A stretch of DNA of 64,000 nucleotides from Octopus vulgaris. Taxonomy: Eukaryota. The stretch is taken from contig OX597840.1 in the NCBI GenBank assembly GCA_951406725.2, positions 20,212,001 through 20,276,000 of the forward strand, given 5' to 3'. The translations under genes and the position numbers were made by a program. How positions within the stretch are numbered: the stretch's first letter is position 1; each line of letters opens with the position of its first letter. The notes below the pieces were generated by a model. The model saw only the letters and a program-made list of their open reading frames with translations, ran no database searches and was not told the origin of the DNA. Positions 1-13,300 of the stretch are shown here, piece by piece.

Positions 1-368
1 AAAATTGGAACCTGGAGCAGCCATCTGGTTCGCCAGCCCTCAGTCAAATCATCCAACCCATGCCAGCATGGAGAACGGACATTAAAACGACGATGATGAT
101 GATGATGAGAGACTATGTTTGCTCCTGGTCATCTCTCAACAAGCAAAGTTAATGACCAAAAGCATTTCAGCCATGACCATCCTGTCTGTTGGTATATCAG
201 AGACTACAATGTTCAATGTGTCCTTCTTTACAAAGACTGATACAGTTTGATCTGTGAGAGCTTTGACTGCTGTTTCTAGTAGAATGAACACCCATAGAGA
301 GATCCCTCTTTCACTTAGCTAATGGATGGTTGGAGGGTCTATGTGGCATTGATGGGAGAAGATCTTAC

Positions 369-495
369 CTGAATAGCTTCCAAGAAATAGCGAGCTTCTT
401 GACCGTAATCACTGGGTTTGCCAAAATCTGGAATTTTCACTGTATGGAGTTGGTTACCCGATTCCATAAACTTGCGCCTGCGCTCACTTTCCATC
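369..495 (-). CDS. WRN: WRN-like exon (MESERRRK...[14 protein letters not shown]), start of RQC winged helix
   Basis: AG/GTAAG, phase 2-0; resembles WRN DFGPQAFKLL. Confidence 0.8.
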
Positions 496-3400
496 CTGCA
501 AGAGAAAAACAGGAACAACATATTAAGACTATTCAAGATATGTGGTGGATTGATGCACTCAAGAAGACCCACCCACCATAACAGAATGGACATCACAAAA
601 CCACCTTAGTAATGCTTGTCTGTGAGGGCTTCTGCCCCATCAACCTTCTCGCACCTACATTTCATCCCCTAACAGCCAAAAAGCACAGGTGATCGAGGCC
701 ACAACATCATCATCGTTTAATGTCCGCTTTCCATGCTAGCATGGGTTGGATGGTTCAACTAGGGTCTGGGAAGCCAGAAGGCTGCACCAGGTCCAGTCTG
801 ATCTGGCAGTGTTTCTACAGCTGGATGCCCTTCCTAACGCCAACCACTCTGAGAGTGTAGTGGGTGCCTTTTACGTGCCACCGGCACGGGGGCCAGACGA
901 GGCTGGCAACGGCCACGATCGGTTGGTGCTTTTTACGTGCCACCGGCACTGGTATCTCAGATACAATTTCCATTGATGTTGAACCATTTCGATTTTCACT
1001 TGCCTCAACAAGTCTTCACAAGTAGGAACATATTAAGACTATTGAAGATACGTGGTGGATTGATGGACTCAAGAAGACCCACCCACCATAACAGAATGGA
1101 CATCACAAAACCACCTTAGTAATGCTTGTCTGTGAGGGCTTCTGCCCCATCAACCTTCTCGCACCTACATTTCATCCCCTAACAGCCAAAAAGCACAGGT
1201 GATCGGGGCCACATCATCATCACCATTGTTCAACCGTGGTCGAGACAATGGAATTTATTTACCATGCTACGCCAGACTTCACGGTCCATCATAGCGTTAC
1301 GGAGGTCCTGTTGCTGGATGCCTGTATCCCTGGAGATTACATCAGGGTAGGAGAGTGTGCACCCTCTGGTATTGCGAGTAGATGGCTTCCAGAGGCGAAG
1401 AGTAAAAATTACCTCTTTTTCTGCTTTGCAACAATGTCCAGCAAACCGGACTCTTCTACCTTTCACAAGAGATGACACAGGTGGTAGTTTCCCATATATT
1501 TGCATTTTGGTTGGATGGCGCTTCCACGAGAGATTTTGATCTCTTTTAAGGAGGTGAGTGTAGGTTCCATCTAATCGCCTCTCGAGCTTCTTTGATAACG
1601 TCCAGGTTTCTGAGCCATATAGTAGAATTGGTTCGACTGTGGCTTTGAAGATTTCAAGTTTGAAGTCTCTACTTAGATTTGATGACCAGATCTTATGCAT
1701 GTCATTACGGGCTGACCAGGCCATACCCTTTCTAGTTAGAAAATCTTTTCCAGATGATGATATGTATGACCCAAGTTATTTGTAATCAGAAACCATATTT
1801 AAGGGTGCATTAAAGGCACCGGTTACACATAAAAAGCACTGGTAACATCAAAATAAATATCAAATGGAAATTGTAGATGTGATCCCTGTGTCGGTGTCAC
1901 GTAAAAAGCACCATCCGAATGTGGCTAATGCCAGTGCCACTTTGATTGGCTTCCGTGCCAGTGGCATGCAAAAGGCACCAACTGATCGTGATCATTGCCA
2001 GTCTCCTCTGGCCCCTGTGCCTGTGGCACACAAAAAGCATCCACTAAACTCTCGGTGTGGTTGGTGTTAGGAAGGGCATCCAGCTGTAGAAACACTGCCA
2101 GATCAAACTTGAGCCAGGTGCAGCCTTCTGGCTTGCCAGCCCTCAGTCAAAATCGTCCAACCCATGCCAACATGGAAAGCGGACGTTAAACGACGATGAA
2201 GACTTGATATCAGTTAATTTATAAAAGGGCTGCTGCCGGCCTCCCCCGGCCCCTGTGCCGGTGGCATGTAAAAAACACCATTTGAGCGTGGCCGTTGCCA
2301 GTACTGCCTGACTGGCCCTCGTGCCGGTGGCATGTAAAAAGCACCCACTACACTCACGGAGTGGTTAGCATTAGGATCAGACTGGAGCCTGGTGCAGCCT
2401 CCTGGCTTCCCAGACCCCGGTCGAACCGTCCAACCCATGTCAGTGTTGAAAACAGACGTTAAACGATGATGAGCAATGAGGTTAATGTAATCTACTGACA
2501 CACTCTCTTTAAAGCCCTGGGCCAAACTTTAAAACAATTACAAACACTCTCTGTCCATACCCTCATAATGTACAACAACACTACATGCCCCCTCTCTGCA
2601 CAACCAACCTGTTGATGAAATATCATCCTGTATTTAGGCTATAATAAAGAAAACTGCTTTTTAAAGTCTACAATGCCTAGAAAATTCTTAAATATTCCAA
2701 TTTTAAACCGTTAGCACTTAAACTTGCCATATCAGCCCAAAGTATTCTAGCTACTTTATGTTCAAACTGGCCGTATCCAGCCTCTCACACCTACCCTACA
2801 ATGTTATGCTAAAAGTAAGCAATCATATAACTGAAATCTCAAAATTACAAGATAATGCATAATTTAAAACAATGTGAGTAAATAAGCAGAACATTTGACA
2901 GAGAAACCTGAATGCCAAAGGACTAATCTATTTTTATCAAAATATGGTAATAGAAACACACACACACACCTACACATGCACACACTGTTACCTTTTGAGG
3001 CAGTTATCACAGCAGTCTTCTCCTCCACCAATTTGCGAAGCATTTTTATCTTCAAAATGTTCAAGAAGTAACCTGAAAAAAAAAAAAAAAAAAAAAAAAA
3101 GACATAAAAGCACCCAGTACACCCTGTAAAGTGGCTGGCACTGATGCAAAAACAGAAGATGGGCTGGGGGGGGGGGGAGAGATAATTCGCAAGTCTTGAC
3201 TTTGTTTCCTCATATATACAACATTTAATATGTTGATAAGTAAAAAAAGTTACAGTTATTTAATGAAACGAGCCTAAATTCATGATTATTTTAGAATTTA
3301 ATTGAAACTCATGAGGGGTGTATTTTGGTTAGAAATATAGTAACGAAAGGGTTAACAAGTGTTAGGATGATGATGATGATGATACCTAGGCTAAACAACA

Positions 3401-6400
3401 ACAAGAAGAATGCATTCCAGCAATTAGCCCTTGGTATAAAAGAGAACAAAAAATGTGGAGTAAGGGAAGGGAAAGATTGTGGATGGGACATTTTGGATTG
3501 TCAGTCTTCTCAGTCAGACAAATGTCATAACGTTTAAGATGAATTGACATAAGATTAAACAATGAGTGATGTGAGTGAAAAAAACGTCACATGATAGAAT
3601 CGTGTCCATTGATTGGATGACACTTAATAAACAACGTTTTGTGTGGAGACAACTGCAGTTGTCTCAGGGAAGACCTGGGCCTGCTACTGCAACAACAACA
3701 ACAACAACAACAGATACATCTTACTTTCGTCTGCAGGATGTAGTATTCAAAAAGGTTTCCATCTTGGACAACATTTTCAGCCTGTGCGACCGGAATGATT
3801 TATTGGCAATGTCTTTCACAAAAAACCTAGAAGAGAGAATAAAAAATATAGATATACGACTGGGTACTAAAAAAGTTCCTGACTTTGGGTAAAAGGAAAT
3901 ACAGGAAGATCCATTAATTAGGATTTTACTCAAAAAATTCCCCTCTCAGATTCACACATTCCTGTAAAAGAACTCAGCAGATTGGACCTTCAAACAAGCC
4001 TTTTGCGATACCCGTAAACCCTTTCGTTACCAACCTGGCTGAAACCACTTCTGGCTCTGAGTACAAATGTCTTGTTTTCAAAAGTTCTGAATTAAAATCT
4101 TCCACCAAACCTTAGTCACAATTTATGATTCCTAACACTAGCTCAATGATAACGAAGTTATTTTACTAAATTCTTTGTTATATTTAAAATTAATTGAAAG
4201 AAACACAGAGCATCTCAACAGAAATACGGTAACAAAAGGGTTAACAAATGATTAATTTAACCCTTTTGATACCAACCTGGCTGAAACCACCTCTGGCTCT
4301 GAGTACAAATGTTTTTCAAAAGTTCTGAAATAAAATCTTCCACCAAACCTTAGTCACAGTTTATGATCCTAACACTAGCTTAATGATAATTAAGTTATTT
4401 TACTGAATTCTTTGTTATATTTAAAATTAATTGAAAGAAACACAGAGCATCTCAACAGAAATATGGTAACAAAAGGGTTAAACCCAGGAACTTTTCAACA
4501 TAGCTCCAAATACACACCTAAACACAAGGAGAGGCTGAAAGGTTCCTGGTTTTGGTTAAAAGAAAATACAGGAAGATCCGTTAATTAGGATTTTACTCAA
4601 CAAATTCCCCTCTCAGATTCACACATTCCTGTAAAAGAACTCTCCCTATATATATATATCCGTGTGTGTACTTACCGATGAATGTTGAAGTCTGCGGGAG
4701 CATGAAAGACCCTACAGAGACTGGGCAAGCCATCTCTCCCTGCTCGGCCAATTTCCTGGTAATATGATTCAATGTCTCTGGGAGCTGCAAATACATGAAG
4801 ATGACCAAGTGAAAGATCCGAGTCTGAACTGGTAAAAAGAAATTATCAGAATGTCAAACAAAGGAGTGGCTGTGTGGTAAGTAGTTTGTTTACCAACCAC
4901 ATGGTTCCGGGTTCAGTCCCACTGCGTGGCATCTTGGGCAAGTGTCTTCTGCTATAGCCCAGGGCCGACCAATGCCTTGTGAGTGGATTTGGCAGACGGA
5001 AACTGAAAGAAGCCTGTCGTATGTATATATATGTGTGTGTATGTGTGTCTGTGTTTGTCCCCCTAGCATTGCTGGTGTATTTATGTCCCCGTCACTTAGC
5101 GGTTCGGCAAAAGAGATTGATAGAATAAGTACTGGGCTTACAAAGAATAAGTTCCAGGGTCGATTTGCTCGACTAGAGGTGGTGCTCCAGCATGGCCGCA
5201 GTCAAATGACTGAAACAAGTAAAAAGAGTAAAATGTCTGCAGTATTTAGTTCTGGACCTGTATGATCTGAGCTCAAAACCTGCTTAGGTCAACTTTGAGT
5301 TTCATCTTTCATCCTAGACGTCATTAAAATAAAGTACCAGTCATGTATTGGGGTTCACTTCATAACCACAGGGTTTCAGGTACCAGTCATGTTTTGGGGT
5401 TTACTTCTGAGCCATATAGTAGAATTGGTTCAACTGTGGCTTTGAAGATTTTAAGTTTGAAATCTCAACAACCCTGCAACCTATGGCTCTGAGATGATAC
5501 AGGTGGTAGTTTCCCATATATTTGCATTTTGGTTGGATGACGCTTCCACGAGAGATTTTGAGCTCTCATAAGGAGGCGAGTGTAAGTTCCATCCAACCGC
5601 CTCTCAAGCTTCTTTGATTACGTCCAGGTTTCTGAGCCATATAGTAGAATTGGTTCAACTGTGGCTTTGAAGATTTCAAGTTTGAAGTCTCTACTTAGAT
5701 TTGATGACCAGATCTTATGCATGTTGTTACAGGCTGACCAGGCCATACCCTTTCTAGTTAGAAAGTCTTTTCCAGATGGGGCACATGCTTCCAGCTACAT
5801 GCTTCGTCATGTGACTTATGTGGTCCAATGATATTGCAGGAGTCAGTTACTTACCTCCGTAGTGGATCACAGTTCTGATGTCTCGTTTGTCGATGCCCAT
5901 TCCGAATGCTATTGTGGCCACCACTACCTGTAATAGGAGAATGTGAGAAGAGGGTGAAGAGGCGAGAGGAATGTGGGTAGGATGGAGCAGTGATGGGGTT
6001 GGGTAGATGAACAGGAAAGAAAGGGTTGTGACACAGGGGTCAGAGGGAGAAGATGTAGGTTCAACAGAGGAACAACGAGAGAGAGAGAGACAGACAGCAT
6101 AGTGAAGTAGAGAGACACATAAGAATTAGTGAAAGAGAGAAAGAGGGGCAGACAAAGAGGGAGACATAAACAGAGACACAACAATTAGGGGACTAGAGAA
6201 AGAGGGAAAAAGACATAACAGTTAGTAGGGAGGGAGAGAGAGAGAGAAGATTTTAATTCAAAATTTATGAAAACAAGACATTTGTACTACAGAGCCAGAG
6301 CCGGTTTCAGCTGGGTTGGTAAGGAAAGGGTTAAAGTGGAACCTGCACTGACAAGGTCAGAAATTAAAATATTTTTAAAATACCAGTGATATTTTGAGGA

Positions 6401-7307
6401 TAAAAACAAGATAATTATATTGTAGAAGAGAGAGAAGCTAAGACCGAGGCAAGGGGGATGTGGGAATCATACCTGGATTTCATTATTGATAAATTTTCTA
6501 TGAGATTCCTTCCTGGCTTTGTCTGACATTCCAGCATGGTAGGTCCGGCAAGAAATACCAAAACCTGAAGGAAGGCAACAGAACAAGAAACCATTAAAAT
6601 GTTTCAAAAAAGAAAAAAAAAAAAAAAAAAAAGGAAATAGAAAAGAAAGAAAAGAGAAAAACACCATCTTTTATAGTTTACTAGCAATATCGCCTGGCGT
6701 TGCTCGGGTTTGTAAGGGAAATAACTATATAAGCATTTTTAGAGAGTTACTTTCCTTATATAAACTGAGCAAAAAATGCGGAAAAATAATGGTAAATTTT
6801 TTTTTAAATCGTAGACTCATGCTAATACCCAGAAGGGCTCGATATGAATCACGACTATAAGATACCCGCTTTTGGTTAAACAGCACCGCAAAATGTGGGA
6901 GTAGTTAGGAATCTAAATCGGAGGAGACAGACTCTCACACAAACAACTTCAGTTTTATATATAAAGATTTGATCTGGTCATTAAACTGTGGCAGGACCTT
7001 GAAAGATTTTATTCGAACAAATTGACCACAGTACTTATGTTTTTAAGTATGGTACCCACTCTGGTGGTCCCTTGCTGAACCGCTAAGTTACAGGGCTGTA
7101 AACAAACAAACCAACCAGAATTGTTAGCATGCTGGACGAAATGCTTAGCGATATTTCGCCTATTGCAACGTTCTGAGTTCAAATTCCTCCGAGGTCGACT
7201 TTGCCTTTCATCCTTTCGGGGTCGATTAAATAAGTACCAGTTGAAATCAACTCGTCCCCACCTCCCCCCAAGATGCTCTTGCGGCAAAAAACTGAAATAA
7301 TAATGAT

Positions 7308-7342
<35 letters not shown>

Positions 7343-10300
7343 TTGTGGTCAGTTTACCTTCAATGACAGAACAGATCTCAGCAGTGGCCTTCTTGGTAGG
7401 GCAGTAAATGATGGTGGAGTTGTCAGAGTCATAGCCATTGTCCCTGGGAACCATCAGTGGCTTGAGGTCACCAGCAGGATTTCCAGACTTCGGTTTGACC
7501 GACAGGAACAGGTTGGGTCTAGTAAAGAAATAGAAAAACAAGATGTGGGACAAAGTGGCGAGAAAGGATCTTCAGACGCTGGGACCCACAGAAGGGGATG
7601 ACAGGGGACCCAGACTCCCAGGGGTTTGCTGTGCTTGAGAGGACATGCCAAGGTAAATAAATGCGTGGTGGCCCTTGCATACAGGATCATCCCTTGCAAA
7701 CTGTCTCCAGCTGAGCATCCCTAATCTTGCTGGCCCTTAGGGGCTGCATAAAAGCAGCCAGTATGCTCTGTAGAGGGGTTGGTATTAGGAAGGGCATCCA
7801 GCCACAGAAACCATGCCAAAACAGGGAGCTTGAACAGTCTTTCAGCTGGCCATCTCTGGTCAAGTCCTGTCCAACCCATACCAGCACGGAAAACGGATGT
7901 TGAATGATGATGAGAAGATGGATGCAGTATTTACCATTTGTCAAACAGTGGCAGCATCAGATGTACGACTGTAACTAATGGTAAAAACTAATGAGTTGCT
8001 AACAAAAAAGAAATAATGGAAAAATGAATGAGAGCTGTTTGATTATCAGAGCCCCAAACTTTAAGTGGTTGAATATTCCACAGAAATATCTACACTAAAA
8101 TTCTTAAATAGGATTCTCTTTTACTCGTTTCAGCCTTTTAATCGAGCAACTCGACCCCGGGACTTATTCTTCAGTAAGTATAAAAGGAACTATACATCAC
8201 TGCCAGAAAAAAGCCGACTAAAACTAGATAACAAATGCTAGAGCCAACTTACCTGTTAAATCCAGTGCAGGTGACAATTGGTTTCACCAGTTTGAGGTTG
8301 TCACATATGTCTTTCATCACATCAGGTGTAGCTGTTGCAGTGAGAGCAACCACTGGGATCTGCAAAATATGAAAGAAGTCAGAGCAACCACAAATGTTTA
8401 GTTAACCTTTAGCATACTGAAGGCAAATCATGTCACTGTATGAGTTCTCTCCCTTCTCAGTGTAGCAGAATGTGCATTGCAGCTAACAGTACCGTCAGCA
8501 TGCCAAAGGTTGATCATTTGTATAATGCCAGATATATGGAGAAACAGTATCATCAACTGATTAAACTCGGTAATAATGGGGTGTGTGTTTAACCTTTAGC
8601 ATGCTGCATCATGTTGCCATAAGAGTTTTCTCCCCTCTCAATGTGACACACCACGCCTCTGCAGGTTCAGGGAAGAAAACTCCTATGGCAACATGATTTG
8701 CCTTCAGCATTCTAAAGGTTAAGATTAAGAGCTGAGGCAGTGCTATTAATGTATTAGCGTCTAATGCAGTGGTTTTCAACCAGGGTTCCACGGAACCTTA
8801 GGGTTCTGCAAGAAGTTACAAAACTGCTAAAATTGGCAGTAATTTTTAATTCACCTGTGCATAAGACTATTAAATTATTGCACAGGGGTTCCTCAAGCCA
8901 GTGGAATGTTTCCTTGGGGTTCCGCTCCAGCAAAAAGTTTGAAAAGCACTGGTCTAATGTATGTAACAAGCCCTCATCAACTGAAATTACCAAGCAATAA
9001 GCAGTGAAGGAAGCCCTTCCTAGTGCCAACCACTTTAGAGAGTGCAGTTACAAGATGATGCAACATAGGCGCAGGTGTGGCTGTGTGGTAAGTAGCTTGC
9101 CTACCAACCACATGGTTGCACCTTGGGCAAGTGTCTTCTACTATAGCCTCGGGCAGACCAAAGCCTTGTGAGTGGATTTGGTAGACGGAAACTGAAAGAA
9201 GCCCATCGTATATATGTATGTATGTGCATGTGTGTTTGTCCCTCCCAACTTCGCATGACAACCGATGCTGGTGTGTTTACTTCGAGGGCCACCTCCCAGT
9301 GGTGTCGGGCGTCAACGAAGAGCCCTCGACTACAACAAGACGACCAAAGATTTTTCCCCCCCCAAGGTCCGGAGTCTCCCGCCCCTAAGCCCTAGACCGT
9401 CACCTAATCACCCTTACTCGTCTTGTTTAACAACAGCAGCAGCAACACATTCACCACCACCACCACCACCACCTCCTGACTCCACCAAACAGCTTCAATA
9501 CTCACCTGGGGTAAGTTAAGACGTATTTTAGCCAAATGTCGATAAGCAGATCTAAAGTCATGGCCCCATTGCGACACACAGTGGGCCTCATCGATAGCAA
9601 TGACATCAATACCTGAAATGGAAGACACAGAGATTGAGTGGACAGTGGAACAACAATGGTCAGTAGATCGAGTGTTAAAGAAAGAGAAAGAAGGAGAGAG
9701 AAAGACTTTGATTTGAACTGTTTCGAACTCTATATTGTGTTGAACGTTAATGTTTTGATTGTCTTCAGACTTGGTGTATTGTGCATGCCTTTGGTTGTTT
9801 TTCTTTTTAATTCTGTAGCTGGTGTTTGTGGTCAGTTCAGTCATTTTAGTTACTAAGCTCAGTACCTAATAGTTCCAGTGGTCAGCTCTTGGGGCCACCG
9901 TATTTGGTATCTAGTCACTAGATGGCTGAGGTCACCACAGTAAGAAGCTATGGGAGCAAGGTTTAGTATTTGAGAAAACTATACAGCAAGAGGCTGTTTT
10001 AAAAAAGCTGGCCCCTGATGTATGCATACATATATTGGCGCAGGAGTGGCTGTGTGGTAAGTAGCTTGCTTACTAACCACATGGTTCCGGGTTCAGTCCC
10101 ACTGCATGGCATCTTGGGCAAGTGTCTTCTGCTATAGCCTCGGGCTGACCAATGCCTTGTGAGTGGATTTGGTAGATGGAAACTGAAAGAAGCCCGTTGT
10201 GTATATGTATGCGTGTCTGTGTATGTCCCCCTAGAATTGCTTGACAACCGATGCTGGTGAGTTTATGTCCCCGTCACTTAGCGGTTCGGCAAAAGAGACC

Positions 10301-13300
10301 GATAGAATAAGTACTGGGCTTACAAAGAATAAGTCCCGGGGTTGATTTGCTCGACTAAAGGCGGTGCTCCAGTATGGCCACAGTCAAAGGACTCAAACAA
10401 GTAAAAGAATATATACACACACGCTCTCCATTTCCAGGCTGTTTGTTGTCCCATAATCCAAGGGTATACTACAGGTTCAGAAGCAAGTGAGGGTTGGTAT
10501 CAGGAAGAGCATCCAGCTACAGAAAATTCCATGTATTCCCCTCTGACCCATGCAAGCAGGGTGAACTGGATCATAAAATGATGTTGATATAAGGAAAAAC
10601 ATTTTTAAAAATAAAAGAATAACCAGAATCATGGAAGCCTTCCAATCGCAATAAAAGTGAATAAAAGAGAACAAAAGAACAAAAAAATACAAACCAATCT
10701 CCTTGTGTAGTTGTTCTATTAGCTGAATACTGAGGATGGCATACTCTGGGGTGATGTAGAGGAAACGGTATTCTCCACTGTAAAAATGGATAAACACACA
10801 CATGTAATTGTATTTAAATAACAAGGAAACTAAATGTTGAATAAAGGCTTACTGAAAAGTCATTCAAAACCAGATTCTCACATCATAAGTATACATTCAG
10901 AAACTCAGAAAAATCCCTCACCCATCTCACTATACAAATATATTTGAAGTTTCACTCTTAGCATTCAGATTCTTGCAAGTGTTGCCATTTGATCACATTC
11001 TTTTTGGTTCGACTGTGGCTTTGAAGATTTCAAGTTTGAAGTCTCTACTTAGATTTGATGTCCAGATCTTATGCATGTCATTACAGGCTGACCAGGCCAT
11101 ACCCTTTCTAGTTAGAAAATCTTTTCTAGATGATGATATGTATGACCCAAGATATTTGTAATCAGAAACCATATATATATGAATATACAACGGGCTTCCT
11201 TCAGTTTTTAACTACCAAATCCATACAGAAAACCCTGATTATCCTGGGACTATAGTAGAAGACACGACCCAAGGTGCCACACAGTGGGACTGAACCCGGA
11301 ACCATGTTGTTGGTAAGCTGGACTGGATCCAAGATCATATAGTAGGGAAGCAACATTCTTATCACACATTCATGCTTGCACCTAATATAAAAAAAAATGG
11401 AGGGGGGTGTTACATTACCTGTAGAGGTCTTCGATTGTCGAACGAGAATTTGTCTGAGAAGAATCTAAGCAACAGGCTGGAATGTTGGCAGAGCTATGGT
11501 GGCCCAAGAGGGGATTCGAAAAGAGAGAAAAAACAGTAATATTAATAATAATAATAGAAACAATAGGAGACAGTTACATAGACACAAGGGTTCAAATCCT
11601 GAGAGAGGGTACAAACATTATCATCATTGTTTAATGTCCATTTTCCATGCTGGCATGGTTTGGACGGTTTGACTGAGGTCTGGAGAGCCCATGGCTGCAC
11701 CAGGCTCCAATCTGATCTGGCAATGTTTCTGCAGCCGGATGCCCTGGCCATTGAACCAATTCCAACACATGACTGGTACATATTTTGTAGACCTCAGAAG
11801 AATGGATTTGCAAAGTTGACCAAAGAATTAACCCTTTCATTACCAACATGGAATTTTACTGGCTCTATAGTACAAATGTCCATTGTTTTCATAAGTTTTG
11901 AATTAAAAATCTTCCACCAAATGGCCTCTAATCTTAATTTGGATGTTATCATAACACTAGCTTAATGATAACAATGTTATTTTACTAAATTTGCTTTGTT
12001 ATATTTAAAGTAATTGAGTGGCATGGAGCATCTCAAAATAAATACAGTAGCACATAAAGGGTTAAAGGAAGGAAATACAACATGGAATTTTAGTTGCCAT
12101 TTTATAGATTATGCTGTCCATCGTAATAATAATAATAATGTAATGATGCAAGGTCATGTGTTTATCTTGATAACCCCAGTGTCACTTTGATGGCATGCAC
12201 TGCTCTCTCACTCAATAATAATAATAATGATGATGATAACAATAACAACAATAATGGCTTTAAAAATATTGGCATAGAACTAACAGTTTTTGAAGGGAGG
12301 TGGGAAACAATTACATTAACCCCAGTACTTGACTGGTACTAAATTTATCGACCCTGAAAGGATGAAAGGCAAAGGTAACCTCAGCGGAATTTGAACTCAG
12401 AACGTATAGACAGATGAAATCCTACAAGCATCTTGCCTGCCGTGCTAACGACTCTGCCAGCTTGCTGCCTTAATAATAATAATAATAATTAATTCTTTTA
12501 TTGGCCACAAGGGCTGACAAAAATCAATTATCACGTAAAGGGACAAAACAGGACGAAGGGTTACAAAGGGTTTTGTCCGTTTGTAAAATCGAGTAAAAAA
12601 CAGTTTAAATAACTCTGAGTTTTGGATGCCGAGGCGGAAATCCACAACACCATCTCTTCGGTTATCCGGCCATCGGAAAAACGCTGGATAACTGAAGAGA
12701 TGGTAGTGTGGATATATCCACCTCGGAATCTGAAACTCAGAGTTTTATCTTGGCTACCAAATAATTGCCACATATTATTTTACAGATATATATATATGTA
12801 TATATATATAGAGAGAGATGTCTTTGCTGATTTACTCCAAGTTCAGTCAGTAAAGACACAAAATGGACGTGGGGAAAGAAGATGGAGATGTTCTTCGTTC
12901 ACTCACTTTAAAGCTGACACCTGGGGACTTGCATCAAGGACACACCAATCGGTTGTCAAGCAATGCTAGGGGACAAACACAGACACACAAACACATATAT
13001 ATATATACATATATACGACAGGCTTCTTTCAGTTTCCGTCTACCAAATCTACTCACAAGGCATTGGTCGGCTTGGGGCTATAGCAGAAGACACTTGCCCA
13101 AGATGCCACGCAGTGGGACTGAACCCAGAACCATGTGGTTGGTTAGCAAGCTACTTACCATACAGCCACTCCTGTGCCTATATATATATATATATATGTA
13201 TATAATAATAAGAGTAACTTAATTGAAATCTCTAAGCTACGAAATAATGCATAACTAATTGAAATCGATGTGAATAAAACCTCATCCTCATCATTTAATA

